64,000 nt of DNA, taken from an uncultured Acidobacteriota bacterium (lineage in GTDB: Bacteria; Acidobacteriota; Vicinamibacteria; Vicinamibacterales; CAVVIG01). The position numbers and the translations under genes were made by a program. Numbering within the stretch: the stretch's first letter is position 1; every line of letters begins with the position of its first letter. Shown piece by piece: positions 60,813 to 64,000 of the stretch. The notes under the pieces are model-generated. The model saw only the letters and a list, made by a program, of their open reading frames with translations, was not told the DNA's origin and searched no databases. The stretch lies in assembly GCA_963773035.1 (NCBI GenBank), contig CAVYZX010000009.1, positions 290,695 to 354,694 on the forward strand. Reading direction: 5' to 3'.

Positions 60813-60941
60813 GAACGTCGTTTCCTTCTGGAAGCTCGGGCCGCTTCAGCACTGAATCATCCCAATATCGTCACGCTCCACGACATCACCACCGAAGGCG
60901 ACATCGACTTCCTGGTCCCGGTATACCTTCGCCCTGAATAG
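60813..60941 (+). pseudogene. Ser/Thr kinase fragment (subdomains III-V)
   Basis: ERRFLLEARAASALNHPNIVTLHDITTEGDIDFLV, then PVYLRPE-stop. Confidence 0.75.
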
Positions 60942-60984
60942 AATAAGAACAAGCGAAGGGCGGTTGGCCAAGAAGAGGAGATCC

Positions 60985-61470
60985 ATGCGGATAGTTCATT
61001 GGCTGTTTGTGGTCAGCGCGGCGCTGTTCGTCAGCGGGATCGGATTTCTCGTCGTGAGCGCGCGGAACGCGCAACGCCCAGCAGCCGGCGTCCAGGCGCC
61101 CGTGATGAAACCGGTCGCCAGTGTCAGGCAGATCATGCAGGGCATCGTCGGGCCCGCGGCAAAGGTCGTGTTCGAATCCGTCAGTACGACGGTGTCGTTC
61201 GCAGGTGTCGAGGAGAAGGCGCCGAAAACAGAGGCGGAATGGGAGGCGGTCGGCAATAGCGCCGCGGCGCTCGTGGAATCGGCCAACCTGATGATGGTGG
61301 GGAACCGCGCGATCGACGCGGACTGGACCAAGATATCCCAGGCGCTGGCGGACGCGGGGATCGTGGCGCTCAAGGCGATCGAGGCGAAGAACGCGGAAGC
61401 CCTGCTGGCATCGGGCGAGGCGATCAACGAATCCTGCAACGCGTGTCATCGGAAGTATTTGAGATCGTAA
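60985..61470 (+). CDS. Membrane-anchored cytochrome c'-like (class II) protein
   Basis: AGGAG RBS; N-terminal TM segment; helical body; C-terminal CNACH heme motif. Confidence 0.8.
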   Translation: MRIVHWLFVVSAALFVSGIGFLVVSARNAQRPAAGVQAPVMKPVASVRQIMQGIVGPAAKVVFESVSTTVSFAGVEEKAPKTEAEWEAVGNSAAALVESANLMMVGNRAIDADWTKISQALADAGIVALKAIEAKNAEALLASGEAINESCNACHRKYLRS

Positions 61471-61471
61471 T

Positions 61472-61512
61472 GGGCGGGAGGGGCTGGAGGGGCGGGAAGG
61501 GCTGGGACGGGC
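61472..61512 (+). repeat. G-rich 9-mer tandem repeat
   Basis: gggcgggag gggctggag gggcgggaa gggctggga fills the whole intergenic gap. Confidence 0.75.
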
Positions 61513-62214
61513 ATGAATCTTAGAAAGAGTCTGGCGATTGGCGTGACCGCGCTGCTGATGATCGTCGCCTTTTCATCGGTCGCCGACGCGCACGGCGTGT
61601 CCGGCAAGGATGCGCTGTTTCTGCAATCGATCAAGGGCGCGGCGATTGGCCCGTTGATGTACCTGGGCGCGAAGCACATGGTCACGGGCTACGACCACCT
61701 GGCGTTTCTGGTGGGCGTCATCTTCTTTCTCTACAAGCTGAAGGACATCGTGCAGTACGTCAGCCTGTTCACGCTGGGCCACAGCGTCACGCTGCTTGGC
61801 GGCGTCCTCGGGGGGATACACGCCAACCCGAACATCATCGACGCCATCATCGGGTTCTCGGTCGTCTACAAGGCTTTCGACAACATGGACGGGTTTCAGC
61901 GCTTCTTCGGCGTTCAGCCGAATACCCGTGCCGCCGTGCTCGTGTTCGGCCTGTTCCACGGATTCGGGCTGGCGACGAAGCTGCAGGAATTCCAGCTGGC
62001 GCCGAATGGCCTGGTCACGAACATCGTGAGCTTCAACGTCGGCGTCGAGATCGGTCAGGGTCTCGCGCTGACCGGAATTCTCATTGCGTTGAGTTGGTGG
62101 CGGACGCGGAGCGGATTTTTTCGGCATGCATTCGTCACCAACACCGCCTTGATGGCGTGCGGATTCCTACTCGTAGGCTTTCAGCTCTCAGGATACGTCG
62201 TCTCTACTTTGTGA
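61513..62214 (+). CDS. HupE/UreJ family metal transporter
   Basis: AHG, GAKHMVTGYDHL.FL, FTLGHSVTL, FGLFHGFG and FNVGVEIGQ. Confidence 0.92.
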   Translation: MNLRKSLAIGVTALLMIVAFSSVADAHGVSGKDALFLQSIKGAAIGPLMYLGAKHMVTGYDHLAFLVGVIFFLYKLKDIVQYVSLFTLGHSVTLLGGVLGGIHANPNIIDAIIGFSVVYKAFDNMDGFQRFFGVQPNTRAAVLVFGLFHGFGLATKLQEFQLAPNGLVTNIVSFNVGVEIGQGLALTGILIALSWWRTRSGFFRHAFVTNTALMACGFLLVGFQLSGYVVSTL

Positions 62215-62217
62215 CAA

Positions 62218-62839
62218 ATGACCATGGACATCTACGGTTCGGAGCCGACGCAGGCTAACGACAAAATCGCAGTGGCGGCCGGAGCCGCACTCCTGCTCGC
62301 GGGACTACTGCTCGTCACGGTCGTGTTGCCAGCCGAGTACCGGACTGGATCCGCTCGGCACCGGCGCACGACTCGGGTTGATGGAGATCAGCGGGACAGG
62401 GCAGAAGGCTGCGGAATTTGCGGCCAGCCTGGCGAACGATCCGGCGAGCGCGCGTGCCGGAGTGGTACCGCAGAATCAACAATTCCATCAGGAAACCGTC
62501 GACTTCAAGGTGGGTCCGGATGGCTGGATGGAGTACAAGTACCGCCTCGACAAGGGCGAAGCGTTGCTGTACTCCTGGAAGACGACGGGCCCGGTCGAAT
62601 ACGAGTTTCACGCCGAGCCCGATGGCGCTCCCGCCGGTTACGCCGAGAGCTACGAAAAGGTGCCGTCGAGCACCCAGGCCCTCGGTACGTTGACGGCGCC
62701 GTTTTCAGGCATCCACGGGTGGTACTGGAAGAATCGCAGCCGCCAGGAAGTGACCATCACGCTCAGCACCGCCGGCTTCTACAACCTTTCACACGAGTTT
62801 CGAGAGGGTGCCGGCGTCAAGAACAAGACGTTCGACTGA
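62218..62839 (+). CDS. HupE/UreJ-associated membrane-anchored protein (frameshift near 62340)
   Basis: VLPAEY joins GLDPLGTG when one C is removed; EYKY, FHAEP and APFSGIHGWYW.NR. Confidence 0.8.
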
Positions 62840-64000
62840 GCGCGTCTCCGACCCTGAACGCCGCCTCGCGTCTGCGGACGCGCCGGAAGCGATCGTCTCG
62901 ACGATTTGAATCACGCGCGCGATCGGGTCGTAACTGCGGTACTCGCTGGCAAGAGTCTGCGCCCGGGCGCGGTAGCGTGGATCGTCCAGAACCGCCCGCA
63001 CCGCCGCACGAACCGCATGCGGCTTTGGTTTTCCGGTCTTGAGGTTCAGGCCAGCACCGCTCCACGCCACGCGGGCGGCGACCTCGGGTTTGTCCTCCGA
63101 AGCGCCGGCCACGACCAGTGGCACTCCGTACGACAACGCCATTTGCACCCCGCCATAGCCACCGTTGGTGACCATCACCGATGTTTTCGGCAGCAGGTCG
63201 GGATACGACAGGAAGGGCGCGATTCGCGCGTTTTGGGGTAGCTTTCCGAGCTTGAGTTGTTCGATCGGCCGGTTGCCGGTCGAGACGACGACCAGCACGT
63301 CCTCGCCGGCCAGTCCTTCGAGCGTCGGAGCGATGAGATCCGGCGTCGCGTTCGCGATCGTCCCCTGGCTCACGTGAACGACCGGCCGCGATCCGTCGAG
63401 TTCGCCCCAAAAGGGAGGCTTCGCGACATCCACGGACTGTTCCGGAGGAATCATGCCGATGAACTCGACGTTATCGGCGAGGTCGCTGCGTCCGTACTCG
63501 AAGCCCCGGACCGACGGCTGCAAGTAGAACGTCGACCGGGTCACGTGATTCAGCCACCAGCCGGTCGGGCCCATCTGAAGGCGCGCCCGCATCGCCTGCC
63601 AGTGCTCCTGGACATCGCGAAACGCGACGTTCTGCACGAACCAGTTCAGTAGCCGATTGCGAACGCGACGGGACAGATTGGTGCTCGGTTGGAGCCCCAG
63701 CCCGAAGGGAGCCGTATCGACGCTGCTCATCATCATCGGCAGGACGCCCACGGCCAGGCTCGGCGGGCCGTTCTGTTCATGCACCAGCAGTCCGCCCACC
63801 ATCGCGGCGTCGTACATCAGAAGGTCAGCCGGGAAGCTCTGCATGATCTCCCGAATATCGGCAGCCTGATCGGGAGCCGCGTCGATGAACACGTGCTTCA
63901 TGTCGTACTTGAGTTGAGCCAACCCGCGCAGTCGTGCTCGCCCTGGGAACTCTTCGTCGATTTTCGCGTCGTCGAAGTCCCTCGCGCGCGAGTAGCCGAC
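62789..64000 (-). CDS. GT1 family glycosyltransferase (MGT-like), 5'-partial
   Basis: HVSQGTIAN, TNGGYGGV, GASEDKPE.AARV.WSG.G; the frame runs off the window end. Confidence 0.9.
   Translation of the reverse strand, partial: VGYSRARDFDDAKIDEEFPGRARLRGLAQLKYDMKHVFIDAAPDQAADIREIMQSFPADLLMYDAAMVGGLLVHEQNGPPSLAVGVLPMMMSSVDTAPFGLGLQPSTNLSRRVRNRLLNWFVQNVAFRDVQEHWQAMRARLQMGPTGWWLNHVTRSTFYLQPSVRGFEYGRSDLADNVEFIGMIPPEQSVDVAKPPFWGELDGSRPVVHVSQGTIANATPDLIAPTLEGLAGEDVLVVVSTGNRPIEQLKLGKLPQNARIAPFLSYPDLLPKTSVMVTNGGYGGVQMALSYGVPLVVAGASEDKPEVAARVAWSGAGLNLKTGKPKPHAVRAAVRAVLDDPRYRARAQTLASEYRSYDPIARVIQIVETIASGASADARRRSGSETRSVERLVLDAGTLSKLV

Overview
High-GC bacterial chromosomal segment with about 55 genes or gene remnants. 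Its content (ADOP-type duplicated ABC permease, Ser/Thr kinase-PD40 proteins, paired DUF6644-like genes, GC-rich REP-like palindromes) suggests Acidobacteriota, probably Vicinamibacteria; this is an inference. I recognised no rRNA, tRNA or CRISPR array. About eight single-site frameshifts, several in short homopolymer or dinucleotide runs, look like long-read consensus errors. Main observations: (1) a 401-aa threonyl-tRNA synthetase lacking the N-terminal TGS and editing domains, preceded by an unannotated 25-aa leader peptide with seven consecutive Thr codons, an antiterminator and an intrinsic terminator, i.e. a complete ribosome-dependent attenuator; (2) a compact cyclic-nucleotide module of a CHASE2 adenylyl cyclase, an exported M48 peptidase and a cNMP-GGDEF protein, divergent from an MscS-cNMP channel; (3) a decayed ISCR/IS91-like transposase followed by three direct copies of its putative ori end, two of which bracket a 6.5-kb segment with a truncated gene at each edge; (4) several 'telescoped' pseudogenes that keep both ends but have lost internal blocks; (5) a class III aminotransferase probably fused to a GNAT-like domain. 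Product names come from motifs recognised by eye, not from database searches.
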